Below are positions 8,216 through 17,962 of a stretch of DNA of 24,011 nucleotides, piece after piece (the first letter of the stretch is position 1; the number at the start of each line of letters is the position of its first letter). Source of the stretch: a virus; the UHGV virus genome UHGV-0298230. One strand, written 5' to 3'. The position numbers and the translations under genes are program-made. Below the pieces are notes generated by a model. It was not told where the DNA came from. It did not search any database and saw only the letters and a list, made by a program, of their open reading frames with translations.

Positions 8216-8390
8216 ACTGGGCATTAGCTCTTTCCTCTCTCAGGCTTTTAGCCAGTCGCTGCACAATCGCAGAGTTGATAGAAATTCCATCCATTTCAGC
8301 TACGCGTCTGATCTCCTCCTTCATTCGCGCTGGCAAACGAAGCTGGAAACTCTGACTTTTACGACCACTGTAAAGAACATCGCTCATCAT
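8214..8390 (-). CDS. arc: Arc-like ribbon-helix-helix repressor (58 aa from ATG at 8390; track ORF extends to 8405)
   Basis: ...SQSFQLRLPARMKEEIRRVAEMDGISINSAIVQRLAKSL... has the Arc/Mnt RHH signature; GGAG 6 nt upstream of the ATG at 8390; divergent from the mnt-like gene across an operator-rich region, as in P22 immI. Confidence 0.75.
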   Translation of the reverse strand: MMSDVLYSGRKSQSFQLRLPARMKEEIRRVAEMDGISINSAIVQRLAKSLREERANAQ

Positions 8391-8401
8391 CAATATCTCC
8401 G

Positions 8402-8475
8402 TCATAATGACATCACCGTGATGTCATGACACCATTATGATGCCATTGCTCATAATGTCAATATGATGCTACTGT
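8402..8475. promoter_or_regulatory. Divergent promoter/operator region: 21-bp perfect palindrome ATGACATCA-ccg-TGATGTCAT (8407-8427), repeated TCATAAT/ATTATGA half-sites, and a strong minus-strand promoter (-35 TTGACA at 8461..8456, 16-bp spacer, -10 CATAAT at 8439..8434)
   Basis: Direct reading; the palindrome lies at about +1 of the minus-strand promoter, consistent with an operator for an RHH repressor. Confidence 0.55.
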
Positions 8476-8510
8476 GTTTTTTATTGCTCATATGCCTTGC
8501 GAATAAGAAA

Positions 8511-8762
8511 ATGTCAGAAAAAGACGAATCAAATTTCATAGAAAGATTTACGGTTAGAATGCCTGAAGGCATGCGTAGTGCTATTGCGGAAAGGGCTAAA
8601 CGAAACGGTCGATCTATGAACTCAGAGATAGTTCAAATTCTTGAGGATGCGTTATCATCTGACGTCTCATCAGTAGACAAATCATTAGATCTTAAACAAA
8701 TAAAATCTTTACTTGATAAAATTTCCAACGAGTTACTGGATAGAATCCCAAAAGACACATAA
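8511..8762 (+). CDS. mnt: Mnt-like ribbon-helix-helix repressor (83 aa from ATG at 8511)
   Basis: MSEKDESNFIERFTVRMPEGMRSAIAERAKRNGRSMNSEIVQILEDAL... has the Arc/Mnt signature (NGRSMNSE); same length as P22 Mnt; the track start at 8463 lies inside the operator region. Confidence 0.75.
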   Translation: MSEKDESNFIERFTVRMPEGMRSAIAERAKRNGRSMNSEIVQILEDALSSDVSSVDKSLDLKQIKSLLDKISNELLDRIPKDT

Positions 8763-8808
8763 CAAAACATTATCATCCGGTGTTCTGCTCAAAACTAAGG
8801 AGGTTGGT

Positions 8809-9129
8809 GTGTATATATCGCTATCTACCATTTTTTTCATCTGCTTAGCTATTTGGCTTTTAAGAATATGGCAGGATTGCTCTGTCAGCCATGCTGCTGC
8901 GGTGAGAAATAAAAACGCCCTCATAAAAGAAGCTGAAAACGTTGTCTTATCAATGGATCACCTTTCATGGACCGAGATGACTACAGGGCAACAAGAGGTT
9001 TATGAGTGTGCGATTGAGCGGTTAAGGCTGCTTAAATCGTACAAAAAGAACCACGCACCCGACTCATTCCCATTCCTGAAAGAATGGCCGAGATGGTATG
9101 ACCCGAAAAAAGCAACCATCAACCGCTAA
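8809..9129 (+). CDS. Hypothetical small membrane-anchored or secreted protein (~106 aa) at the position occupied by sieA in P22
   Basis: Strong SD AGGAGG (8798-8803) 5 nt upstream of in-frame GTG at 8809; N-terminal hydrophobic segment (YISLSTIFFICLAIWLLRIW) then a soluble domain; no family recognised. Confidence 0.55.
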   Translation: MYISLSTIFFICLAIWLLRIWQDCSVSHAAAVRNKNALIKEAENVVLSMDHLSWTEMTTGQQEVYECAIERLRLLKSYKKNHAPDSFPFLKEWPRWYDPKKATINR

Positions 9130-9137
9130 CCAACTTT

Positions 9138-11144
9138 TTACTGCTGGGCTTTCTCACTTGAAGCCTGAATTAGAGGTGTAAGAGTTTCAGATACCCGTCT
9201 GATCGCTCTATCATAAGCAGTACTTCCTTTTGGTGTGTTTGCTAACTTTAGTAATGCGTTCCTCATCGCGCGTGACTCATAGCCCCTGCCAGCCATACCG
9301 ATACCAGCTCCAACTGCCGCAACTTTTGCAAACATTGGATTTGTAACAGATGCAAGAGCTGTTATCAGCGCTGCTGGACCAGCTACCATTTGCCCTGTTA
9401 GTGGGCTTGCGGCAGCAGTAGCTGCCTGTCTAGTGGAATCAAGATATTTCATTATCCCATCAAGCTGTTTCCCATGCTCTCCTCTGAAGAACGTCTCAGC
9501 CTGCTTCCGATTCCTTTTCATTTCATTAATAAACTTCTCAACGCTAAGCTTTCCTGAATCGCTTGTCGCCTTATCCATTGCACGCTGAACAAGTGCTGCT
9601 CTAGCATTTTGACGCCCACTATCATCAAGCAATCGATAAAGTTGCGCCCTTTCCGCTGGGCTTTGGCTGAATACTAGTTTAGTGACATCTTCTGGCGTTG
9701 TTTTACCACTCTGAATAGCTTTTTGGACACGTGTATTGCTCATCATGTCGTTGAACTTTGCCCAAGAACGATCAATACGCGACATGTTTTGCGCTTCCTT
9801 CGCACCTAGTTTTGCGCCAACCGCTTTTTTCATGTCTGTTGTGTATGCGTTATAAACAGACTGCGCAGCTTTCTCCAGCGTATCTCTATCGACCTCGTCA
9901 GGTGCTGCCATAAAGCGCTTACGTAAGTTTGTACGGTTTTCTCTAGCTAATTGCAGGTTATTTGGACCGCTGGTGATGTCATTTCTAAACTGTTGAAGGA
10001 CAGAAACAGCTGAGCGGTCTTGCGATACTCCTGGGCGAGTTAACTTGGAAATCTGCTCATCAATTGCTTTCACTGTTCCAGTGATGTCAACAGGAGTATC
10101 CCCCATCAAACTGATGATCCTGTCGTACCGCTTGCCAGCAGCCTGAATAAATTGCTGCTGACCACGAGTAGCTGATTGGTAAAGTTGTGCGTCAGATATT
10201 CCACCAACATTATCGCTAAATGTTCTAACTAAATCTTCCCTGGCCTTTTGCTGTGCATTTCTTATCCCACCTGTTCCGGCTATTGGGATTCGCTCAGCCA
10301 TAGCTCGTGCTTGCTTACCAATATTTGTTCCCGGTTCCACAAGATCTGTTGTCATCAGTGGCAAGTTGTTCTGCTTGGCAAAGTCAATCTGAGCTTGTTT
10401 TTCAGGAGCAATCTTACCCATAGCAGAACGAGACACTGCGCTTGCGGTGTTTTCTACACCCTTCAGTACCCCACCAAGACCAGCAGAAATTGCAGTTTGA
10501 ACTGGATTAACATTCTCACCGCCAGCGATCTTTGTGGCACCCTGTAAAGCTAAATCAGTAGCGCCTGATTTTAGTGTTGCACCTACAACAGACGCAGCTC
10601 TACCTGCTGGAGTGAATGCAAGAGCATTTGCCAAGAATGACGTTATATCCTGCGGTGACAAACCAGGCTTGTTAAGTGCATATTCCCCTGAAGGAAGGGT
10701 GACTATGGAATTTCCCTTCTCATCCTTCCGGATTTTCCCGCCAATACTTTGCAGTATTTTCTCCTGTGAAGCGTCGGAACCAAATAGCTGCCCCAATCCA
10801 GCACGCAGCGCATCAGTGCTTAAGCTATTAAGCTCTGGAGCAGACCCAACATTTTGCAGTCTCTCCATTTCTGGTGTCATTCGGCTTTCACCGGTAACGG
10901 CATCGCGCATTGCAGCACCTAAAACAGCCCCTTGCTCAGCAGATCGATCTAGTCCTTCCTTCTGCTGAGTGGCAAGCTGTGCATATCCTGATGCAAGTGA
11001 GTTGTCTGCTGGCGATTGCTGAACACCTTGTTGTGTTGGTGCTGACTGACCAGCAAAATACTCATCAATGGCGGTGCCAATATCTTCGGTGCTCGTACCA
11101 TCAGGAAAGGTAAATGTCTTACCGTTTGCAGTTACTTTCATCAT
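9138..11144 (-). CDS. Ejection (internal virion) protein, P22 gp16-like (668 aa)
   Basis: Position and order after gp7/gp20 homologues; N-terminus [30 protein letters not shown]; start overlaps the upstream stop (ATGA). Confidence 0.85.
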   Translation of the reverse strand: MMKVTANGKTFTFPDGTSTEDIGTAIDEYFAGQSAPTQQGVQQSPADNSLASGYAQLATQQKEGLDRSAEQGAVLGAAMRDAVTGESRMTPEMERLQNVGSAPELNSLSTDALRAGLGQLFGSDASQEKILQSIGGKIRKDEKGNSIVTLPSGEYALNKPGLSPQDITSFLANALAFTPAGRAASVVGATLKSGATDLALQGATKIAGGENVNPVQTAISAGLGGVLKGVENTASAVSRSAMGKIAPEKQAQIDFAKQNNLPLMTTDLVEPGTNIGKQARAMAERIPIAGTGGIRNAQQKAREDLVRTFSDNVGGISDAQLYQSATRGQQQFIQAAGKRYDRIISLMGDTPVDITGTVKAIDEQISKLTRPGVSQDRSAVSVLQQFRNDITSGPNNLQLARENRTNLRKRFMAAPDEVDRDTLEKAAQSVYNAYTTDMKKAVGAKLGAKEAQNMSRIDRSWAKFNDMMSNTRVQKAIQSGKTTPEDVTKLVFSQSPAERAQLYRLLDDSGRQNARAALVQRAMDKATSDSGKLSVEKFINEMKRNRKQAETFFRGEHGKQLDGIMKYLDSTRQAATAAASPLTGQMVAGPAALITALASVTNPMFAKVAAVGAGIGMAGRGYESRAMRNALLKLANTPKGSTAYDRAIRRVSETLTPLIQASSEKAQQ

Positions 11145-12556
11145 TCCACCGTAAATTGAATGCCTGATTTTGAGGTATATGATCCAACCTGATTCCGTGG
11201 TTCTCCTGAAGGTGTCGAATCTTGTGCTGGCGCTGCGTCAGTATTCATTGACATATACCGCTTAACGGCACTCCCCAATGATTCACCTTTTTTAACATCC
11301 AACCCCAATATCTGACCGCCATTACGCGATTGTCCAGGGTTGCCATTCGCGCTCATCCACTCGGCTTTAAACTCATTAAACTGCGCGTTTCGTCGCTCAA
11401 GGTTTGCCATTGCATCAAGCCATCTTGCGACCGTCTCAGGGTTATCCATGTCAGTTGGCGCACCCTGTCGAACAATCTCAACGTCTTTATCCGTTGCTGG
11501 GCCGGGAGGTAGGAATTTAAGAACCTGACTGTTAACAAGGGCATTTTGGCGAATGCGCAAATCACGCAATGTCGTATCGCTTCCGGTAAGTTTTGCGAAC
11601 ATGTTCTGTGCGTTACCGAACAAACCTGTCGTTGGTTTTTCTGCTCTGAACTGTTGAGCAAGCGCACTCATAGAATTGGCTGAGTTTGATGATGCTGTAG
11701 CATTGTTTACAGCCGTCTCGATGCCTTTTTCCATGTTTACTGACAGCTTAGGTGCTTCGCTAATCAACTGCTGAGCCTTTTCCTGTGCTTGCTGCATCTT
11801 AAACCCGAACTCTTGCTGATCCAGAGCCAAGCGTTGTGCTGCGATATTGTGTCCAGTCATTGCTGACTGATAGGAAAGGTTTTGCCCTCTCGCCTGAAGT
11901 GCTTCTCCAGCCTGATTGCTGCGGATTGTCTCTGCCAGTCTGCCTCGGTCAATCTCACGACCAGCCATCTTGTCCTGAACAGCAAACGCCTTTTCTGGCC
12001 CAAGCGCACCGAGAGACATAGTAGTCAGCATGTGTGATAGCTGCTCTGGATTCTGGATACCTGTCTGAATCATCCAGTCAGCATTCGCCCCCACGCGATT
12101 TAACCTGTCCTTGTTGTCAGTAATGAATTTACTGTAGGCTTCCGGTCCCTGAGAAAGAGCGACGTTAGCCCTCATGGCTAAATCGCCCATATCGTTGCGT
12201 TGCTGCTCATTAAGACCAGAAAACGCCTGTTGTGCCTGTGCAACAAACGCTGGATTTTCCTGGGCAAACTTAAATAGTCCCGATGGATCACCAGAAGCCC
12301 ATGCATCAGCGTGAACCTTATTGAACGCACTAATAGCTTTCTGTTGCTGTTCCTGATTGTAAATATCAGCAACTCCAGCCAGACCACGTAACGCGGTCAG
12401 GCCAACGTTATTTGCACCTGAGCGAGCCAGTTCATTGTTTTCGCGGATCAGACCAAGCGTTGCGTTAATGTCGCTTGCCTTTGGCGCATTCTCATTTTGC
12501 GTACCGATGCCAGCCAGAAAACCACCAGAATTAATACCCTGTTGCCACGCAGCCAT
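11141..12556 (-). CDS. Ejection protein, P22 gp20-like (471 aa)
   Basis: Same length as P22 gp20; conserved synteny gp7-gp20-gp16. Confidence 0.85.
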   Translation of the reverse strand: MAAWQQGINSGGFLAGIGTQNENAPKASDINATLGLIRENNELARSGANNVGLTALRGLAGVADIYNQEQQQKAISAFNKVHADAWASGDPSGLFKFAQENPAFVAQAQQAFSGLNEQQRNDMGDLAMRANVALSQGPEAYSKFITDNKDRLNRVGANADWMIQTGIQNPEQLSHMLTTMSLGALGPEKAFAVQDKMAGREIDRGRLAETIRSNQAGEALQARGQNLSYQSAMTGHNIAAQRLALDQQEFGFKMQQAQEKAQQLISEAPKLSVNMEKGIETAVNNATASSNSANSMSALAQQFRAEKPTTGLFGNAQNMFAKLTGSDTTLRDLRIRQNALVNSQVLKFLPPGPATDKDVEIVRQGAPTDMDNPETVARWLDAMANLERRNAQFNEFKAEWMSANGNPGQSRNGGQILGLDVKKGESLGSAVKRYMSMNTDAAPAQDSTPSGEPRNQVGSYTSKSGIQFTVE

Positions 12557-12566
12557 TGATTACCCC

Positions 12567-13262
12567 TTAATAAAGCAGTGAACCAAGCAGACCGATACCA
12601 GCACCGATACCAGCACCCCACGGAGTTGATGAACCAATTAATTTCGCAAGTCCAGCCCCAGCAATAGCACCAGACGCACCTCCGCCAATAGCAGATTGCA
12701 TTGCTGATGGTCTGTTGGCATTTGCCGCTGCAAGAGCCGCACTTTGCTGCGAAATCTGACTCATGTTGTTGGCATATGTCTGCCCGGCGTTTGCCTGACC
12801 TTGCAGTGCGCCAAGACCAATATTTGCCAGATTCTGGTAGTTGTTCATCTGACCAGATAGCCATTGCTGACCAAGCGTTGGTGCGATTGTTGCTAACTGA
12901 TTACCGGTTGCAGTGGAACCCAATCCACCTGTTGCTTCCGCTGCAGCCAGACTCTGATAGCGAGCCTGACCTGCAAGGTCTTTATACTGCTGAGAGTTGT
13001 AATACTGGTTAAGCGCCTGACCTTGCCCTTCCAGAGACGATAAGTTCTCGAGGCTGCCGACATACTTATCAGCCAGAGGAGTAAACGGCTTCAGGTTGTT
13101 CATGATGGTGTTGAACTGCTGATTTTGCAGATCTGCAGCATACTTCTGAGCTTCTGCTGCATACTTTGCGCTTTTATCAGAACTGCCACCTTTCCCGCCT
13201 TTTTCAGGGGAAAAAGGTTCCTCGCCGCGCAGTTTTCTGCCCAGCTTAAATGCATATAACAT
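12567..13262 (-). CDS. Ejection protein, P22 gp7-like (231 aa)
   Basis: Gly/Ala/Gln-rich low-complexity protein with hydrophobic C-terminus, typical of gp7; synteny. Confidence 0.8.
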   Translation of the reverse strand: MLYAFKLGRKLRGEEPFSPEKGGKGGSSDKSAKYAAEAQKYAADLQNQQFNTIMNNLKPFTPLADKYVGSLENLSSLEGQGQALNQYYNSQQYKDLAGQARYQSLAAAEATGGLGSTATGNQLATIAPTLGQQWLSGQMNNYQNLANIGLGALQGQANAGQTYANNMSQISQQSAALAAANANRPSAMQSAIGGGASGAIAGAGLAKLIGSSTPWGAGIGAGIGLLGSLLY

Positions 13263-13264
13263 GG

Positions 13265-13723
13265 CTATCTCCTGTGATTCAGGAAGTCGATTAGTTCTTC
13301 GCGTGTGGCGCTGTAAAACGTCACGTCATCCACGCCTTTGAAGTATTTCTTGATGGTTCCTACACGCTTAAGGCCAATCATTGCGCAGTACATCTGCCCG
13401 TGGCGGAATTTGCGTGCAGCGAACGATGTGACGCACTGAACAGTGGTGTTAGTCAGAATGTATCGCCAGAACGCCAGCCCGATTTCCTTGCTGAAGCCGC
13501 GAATCTCTGGCAGGTACATGGCGTGGCAATCGAATGTCAGCGGCTGAATCTCCTGATAGTAAACAATGCCGCCGAACTGCCCGTGCACGCTCACCTCAAA
13601 GTAACGGCATTCAGGCTTGTAGTCGTATCCATCCCCGTTGTTGCTTCCGGCAATAATGTCAGGGTGATTTCCGACTGCTTCGATCAGGTCGATGTTTCGC
13701 GTTGGTTTGAACTGAATCATCAC
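13265..13723 (-). CDS. P22 gp14-like virion assembly/DNA-transfer protein (152 aa)
   Basis: Position between tail needle and gp7 homologues as in P22 (26-14-7-20-16); assignment by synteny and size. Confidence 0.65.
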   Translation of the reverse strand: MMIQFKPTRNIDLIEAVGNHPDIIAGSNNGDGYDYKPECRYFEVSVHGQFGGIVYYQEIQPLTFDCHAMYLPEIRGFSKEIGLAFWRYILTNTTVQCVTSFAARKFRHGQMYCAMIGLKRVGTIKKYFKGVDDVTFYSATREELIDFLNHRR

Positions 13724-14568
13724 TGCTCCGCAATGATTTTGATTGTTGTGGCAGTAAACGCTGCACCATTTGACTGAATGGTTAACGTACTGCCATTTGT
13801 GGCAAGAAAGCCGTCTTTATCCACGCTGAAGAACGTAGCTAACAGGATGTTGTCGGTTGTTGTCGCCGCATTACGACTGCTGACCAACGTGTCAGGAACA
13901 GAGCCGGAAAAGGTTAGCTGCATTGACCTGTTTGCGGTTCCACTGGGCCATGTCCCGACAATCGACAGCTTGAAGAGCAAGGTTTTGTTCTCGTTGAACA
14001 CAACGATCTTGTTGTTAACGGTGTCGAAGAATGGTGCCAACGTGCCGGATGACGGAGTGAGCGTTTTCAGCAGGCTAACAAGGTTGGTCGGCGCTGTCGG
14101 GATGGTTACAGATACGCCAGAGTAAACAACCTCTGACTTTTTGCGAGTAGTGGCATACTCCAGAGCATCAATGCGCGTTTCATGGTCTGAAAGCGTGTTT
14201 TGAATGGCGATAACTTCATCAGTCAGATAATCAATATCGTTTTCTGCTGTCGTTAATCGGGAATCAAGGCCGACTATCGCCGATTCTGCGTTAGTGATCC
14301 TTGTTTCGTGGTCCTGAATCTTCGCTTCAGCTGATGCCAGTCGAATTTCGTGATCGACCAGAATCACATCCTGCTCATCGTTCCTGACTTGTGCGTCATA
14401 AGCGCCCTGTCCGGCCTCGTTGGCCTTGTTCGCCACGTTACCAACATCAGTACCCTGTGCGATAACGTACAGCAGATATGACTGCGAGAAGATATTGCGT
14501 GGAAGGACTGATGTGTCGAGCCGCGTAGCCTGGATGATTACCGGCACATTGAGATTCGAATCCGCCAT
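13720..14568 (-). CDS. Tail needle (P22 gp26-like) with extended C-terminal knob domain (282 aa)
   Basis: N-terminus [27 protein letters not shown], heptad-rich coiled-coil middle, C-terminal beta-rich extension as in Sf6-type needles; synteny. Confidence 0.85.
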   Translation of the reverse strand: MADSNLNVPVIIQATRLDTSVLPRNIFSQSYLLYVIAQGTDVGNVANKANEAGQGAYDAQVRNDEQDVILVDHEIRLASAEAKIQDHETRITNAESAIVGLDSRLTTAENDIDYLTDEVIAIQNTLSDHETRIDALEYATTRKKSEVVYSGVSVTIPTAPTNLVSLLKTLTPSSGTLAPFFDTVNNKIVVFNENKTLLFKLSIVGTWPSGTANRSMQLTFSGSVPDTLVSSRNAATTTDNILLATFFSVDKDGFLATNGSTLTIQSNGAAFTATTIKIIAEQ

Positions 14569-15986
14569 TACTCAATCCTTATCTGGCAGCCAGACAGAGT
14601 GACAGGTGACTTCGTGATAACGCGCAATTTGAAGCCGACATTTTTCCTGATGCGCCCGACTCGCTTCCACAAAACACGTTTGTCATAAACGAACGGTTCA
14701 TTCTGCTCAATCATCTGCTCACGCCCGTAATTGATGCCGTCAGTGGTTGCAGAGAGGAACAGGCGGTCGGCGTACTGCGCAACGCCAGTTGACGATTCAA
14801 CCTCAAGGTCGAAAACTCTGGCGTTATCCGCTTTGAACAGTGGAGTAAACAGCAGGTGTTCCTGTTGCTTGTCGTACTGGCTGCTGATATCGAACTGCAA
14901 TTTCCCGGTAACAGATTCCAGCTTATCGCCGCACGTTATCTGATTGCCTTCGTAAATGAAGTCGATAGCGCGGTACACATCGTCATACAGGCCTGTTTTC
15001 AGCACACACCATTGCGGACCATTGGCGCTTGAAGATGCGTCGTAAACAAGAACATGGCGCGGCAGGTGAATAATCAGCAACTCATGAGCATCAAACCGCA
15101 ACGATTCCATCACGCCATCAGCCAGTTCATCAGCAGTGTAGGAGCGGAGGATTTTCTCAATGCTCGCGCTGGCGATTGGTGACACCTGACCGGAGCCAAT
15201 GATGTATACAGACGGCGCACCTGTTGCCGGATTGCTGATGAATGCATAGGAATCAGCAAACGGCGTTTTGCAGTAAGTCCCGGCGATGCCTTTTTGCACC
15301 ATCAGCGATGGCTGTGCGACATACAAAGCAGCACCAACGGTGGTTGCGCCAGTCAGGGAGAAATATTCAATCGTCGATGAACCAAAGCAGACGATGAAGT
15401 CTCGCCATGTGCCGATACCGATGATGCCGTCAGGCTGAGACTCTGCACGATATTGTGCGCTGTATCGGTCAGGGTGCGATTCGTCTTCAAGGTCAGTGAT
15501 AAACCATGAATCAGTTCCGTCTTTTGACCACGCATAACGCCCACGTAAGCGCGTAATATCGCGGACTGAGCCTAACTCATACTGAGTGAATCCGCTGTCT
15601 GTAGGCCAGTTTGAGACGGTTTTAACCGTGCCATCATAGCGATACTCGACCAGTTGACCATTAACGCCTACCGCCTGTGATGTCCTACCATGCGCCATTG
15701 ATACGCGACCACTTCCGGAGACGTCACCGACTTCGCTTTCGCCTTTGTACAGCTTGCCGCCACACACACGATAAACAGCATTCTGCGCCATGTTGTACTC
15801 GACTCCACGCGATACACCGTTTACATCAGAGCGTTTGGCAATGCCCGGGAATGAGCGAAGATATCCGCTGCTGTTGAGTATTTCTTTGGGTGTAGCCAGC
15901 ATATTCACTGGCAGATAGTCGATATAGTCAGCGTTTCTAAAGTCTTTGCCGACACCTTTCATAAGCGGAAGTTGCTGAATAGGCAT
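14568..15986 (-). CDS. Tail accessory/hub protein, P22 gp10-like (472 aa)
   Basis: Same length as P22 gp10; synteny. Confidence 0.85.
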   Translation of the reverse strand: MPIQQLPLMKGVGKDFRNADYIDYLPVNMLATPKEILNSSGYLRSFPGIAKRSDVNGVSRGVEYNMAQNAVYRVCGGKLYKGESEVGDVSGSGRVSMAHGRTSQAVGVNGQLVEYRYDGTVKTVSNWPTDSGFTQYELGSVRDITRLRGRYAWSKDGTDSWFITDLEDESHPDRYSAQYRAESQPDGIIGIGTWRDFIVCFGSSTIEYFSLTGATTVGAALYVAQPSLMVQKGIAGTYCKTPFADSYAFISNPATGAPSVYIIGSGQVSPIASASIEKILRSYTADELADGVMESLRFDAHELLIIHLPRHVLVYDASSSANGPQWCVLKTGLYDDVYRAIDFIYEGNQITCGDKLESVTGKLQFDISSQYDKQQEHLLFTPLFKADNARVFDLEVESSTGVAQYADRLFLSATTDGINYGREQMIEQNEPFVYDKRVLWKRVGRIRKNVGFKLRVITKSPVTLSGCQIRIE

Positions 15987-15994
15987 TTATTCAC

Positions 15995-16477
15995 CTATGA
16001 GTTTGGGATATCGCCATCAATCAGAGGGAGATCGCCTGGATAATATCGGTCAGATGTGAACACGTCATATTTATTACCCTGTCCTACAGGAAAATCTCCA
16101 CGTCGTCGCATTGAAGGAACAACCAGAGTGTCGGTCATCAAGGCATCATATGAGCGTTGGGCGTTACTGAGAACTTGCGGAGTTGGTTCAAGGCTGTAAT
16201 CAGATAGCATTCTCAGCAATAACTGATAGCCTACTGCGTGTTTGTATTTTCTTGGAAGACCTGACTCATCATCTGGTAATGGCTGCTCATCTCCAGTTGC
16301 GAAAGCGTAACCGATGTCGCCTGGGTTAATCATCCACTCGGACATCATATCTTCCAGATCATTTACACCATCTTCAATTGATTGCGGCTCAACATCAGTC
16401 AGCGATGCATTAGAAGCAATAGCAAACTTACGAAGCGCAAAAAGGACGATCTCACCCTTTGTCAGTACTGTTGCCAT
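15995..16477 (-). CDS. Head-to-tail adaptor, P22 gp4-like (160 aa)
   Basis: Motif ...[23 protein letters not shown]... parallels P22 gp4 (…[23 protein letters not shown]…) as I recall it. Confidence 0.85.
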   Translation of the reverse strand: [160 protein letters not shown]

Positions 16478-16637
16478 TGTCTGCCGCCTTACGACCTCGC
16501 TTACTGGTCGGTTTCAATTCATCAACTGAGGCAACAAAGCCCAACTTTTCGAAAAACTGGAAGTCTTTTTCTGCGATAACGGCCTGTACATGCCCGGATT
16601 CGTTATCTGCGGCAAGGAATACACTCATGCGATCCAT
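16452..16637 (-). CDS. Hypothetical small protein (61 aa) between coat and gp4-like genes
   Basis: AAGGAA 6 nt upstream of ATG, directly after the coat terminator; overlaps the gp4-like start in another frame. Confidence 0.5.
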   Translation of the reverse strand: MDRMSVFLAADNESGHVQAVIAEKDFQFFEKLGFVASVDELKPTSKRGRKAADNGNSTDKG

Positions 16638-16645
16638 ATTGTTTC

Positions 16646-16681
16646 CTTAAAACATAAAAGGGGCGTAAGCCCCTTGTTTTT
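16646..16681 (-). terminator. Rho-independent terminator immediately downstream of the coat gene
   Basis: Hairpin AAGGGGC-gtaa-GCCCCTT (16658-16675) followed on the minus strand by TTTTATGTTTT. Confidence 0.7.
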
Positions 16682-17951
16682 ACGGATTACCGAAGAACTG
16701 ACCGCCCATGTGAGGGTTAAAGCACACATATGCAGGCAGTAAGTCAAAGCGCATTTTTTGCACGTTGGCATCGCCATCTGCGTATTTATGTACGCGGATG
16801 GAGAAACCTTCATATGTTGCAACAGCAGAATCAATACTGTGCAGTTTCGGCAGTGGGATAGAGCCAAGTCCACAGAAGAACTTGTTATAGAACAGGTTTG
16901 GCTTCATTGTCTGGCTAGCAGTGCCTACTACAGATACGGCATCGCCTGCCTCTACCTGACGACTTACAGAGTTGTACTGCGGGTTTGTAGTGTCATAAAT
17001 CGGAACACCAGAAAGCGTAACCGTCACATCGCCACCGCTGTCTGAATTAGCATCAGCAGTAACCGTTGCAGTGAAGCTAATTGGTGTGGCTCCGTTATAC
17101 AACGCCTGTTTGGTCTGCTGTTGCAGCCAGTAGGTATTGGTGAATTTAACCTGATCACCAGCTTTCAGAAAACCTGTAACGCTGGCTGTCGCTCCGGTCA
17201 ATGTTACAGTGAACTGGTATGAGTCTTTAACTGCGTTATAGGTAACAGTTGGCTGTGTTTTGACTGTCAGTGTTCCGCCAAATGCCCCCTGCGTACGAGA
17301 GGCAAGCCCATTAGACATCAGTGCGCGAATGCCGCCAAAATTGGTTGGGATCTGTGCATTCTCCCATGCAGTACGAACCAATTGATCTGAAGCGTGCAAA
17401 CCAGTCTGCGCATCAGCAAGTCGCTGTGCAGACCATGGATCCATTACAGCATAGTTTTCACCTTCATTAACGCCGAGGTCTTTCAGGAAAGATGCCGTCT
17501 GCGCAACATCAGACCATTTGGTGATTGGAGTATTGGGGCTACCAAGTGACAACGCACCGTTATTCATCATGAAGTGAGCAAGCTCTGTTTCAAGGTCGGT
17601 AACGATTCGCTGGCGAACCGGCGCGAGAATTTCCTCCAGTTGGTTAAGCTTGATCGCTTCCTCCAGTTGCTGATATTCAACAGCAACAGTGATGTAGTTA
17701 CCTACACGCCCCGTAGCTTTACCTGAGATCAGGTTGTTTTTATTTTGCCCTGAAATATCACCAGTGGGAGTACGGAGGGATGAGAATTGATGCGGACGTT
17801 TAAAGCTAACGCTATCGCCAGTGCTGGAGTTGATTTCACCTGCCAGCAACTGACGGTCTACGGTTTTCGCCAGAACTAAATCTGACATAAAACCAGGAAG
17901 GAATTTTTTCAGAACGATTTGACTGACGTTACTGTCGAGATTGTTAGGCAT
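16680..17951 (-). CDS. Major capsid (coat) protein, P22/Sf6-type (423 aa)
   Basis: Length and sequence match my recollection of Sf6 gp5 coat; position after scaffold. Confidence 0.92.
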   Translation of the reverse strand: MPNNLDSNVSQIVLKKFLPGFMSDLVLAKTVDRQLLAGEINSSTGDSVSFKRPHQFSSLRTPTGDISGQNKNNLISGKATGRVGNYITVAVEYQQLEEAIKLNQLEEILAPVRQRIVTDLETELAHFMMNNGALSLGSPNTPITKWSDVAQTASFLKDLGVNEGENYAVMDPWSAQRLADAQTGLHASDQLVRTAWENAQIPTNFGGIRALMSNGLASRTQGAFGGTLTVKTQPTVTYNAVKDSYQFTVTLTGATASVTGFLKAGDQVKFTNTYWLQQQTKQALYNGATPISFTATVTADANSDSGGDVTVTLSGVPIYDTTNPQYNSVSRQVEAGDAVSVVGTASQTMKPNLFYNKFFCGLGSIPLPKLHSIDSAVATYEGFSIRVHKYADGDANVQKMRFDLLPAYVCFNPHMGGQFFGNP

Positions 17952-17962
17952 TTATCTTTTCC

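Noticed and set aside
8402-8510. LexA (SOS) box controlling the antirepressor operon
   Set aside because: No CTGT-N8-ACAG motif found in the arc/ant control region
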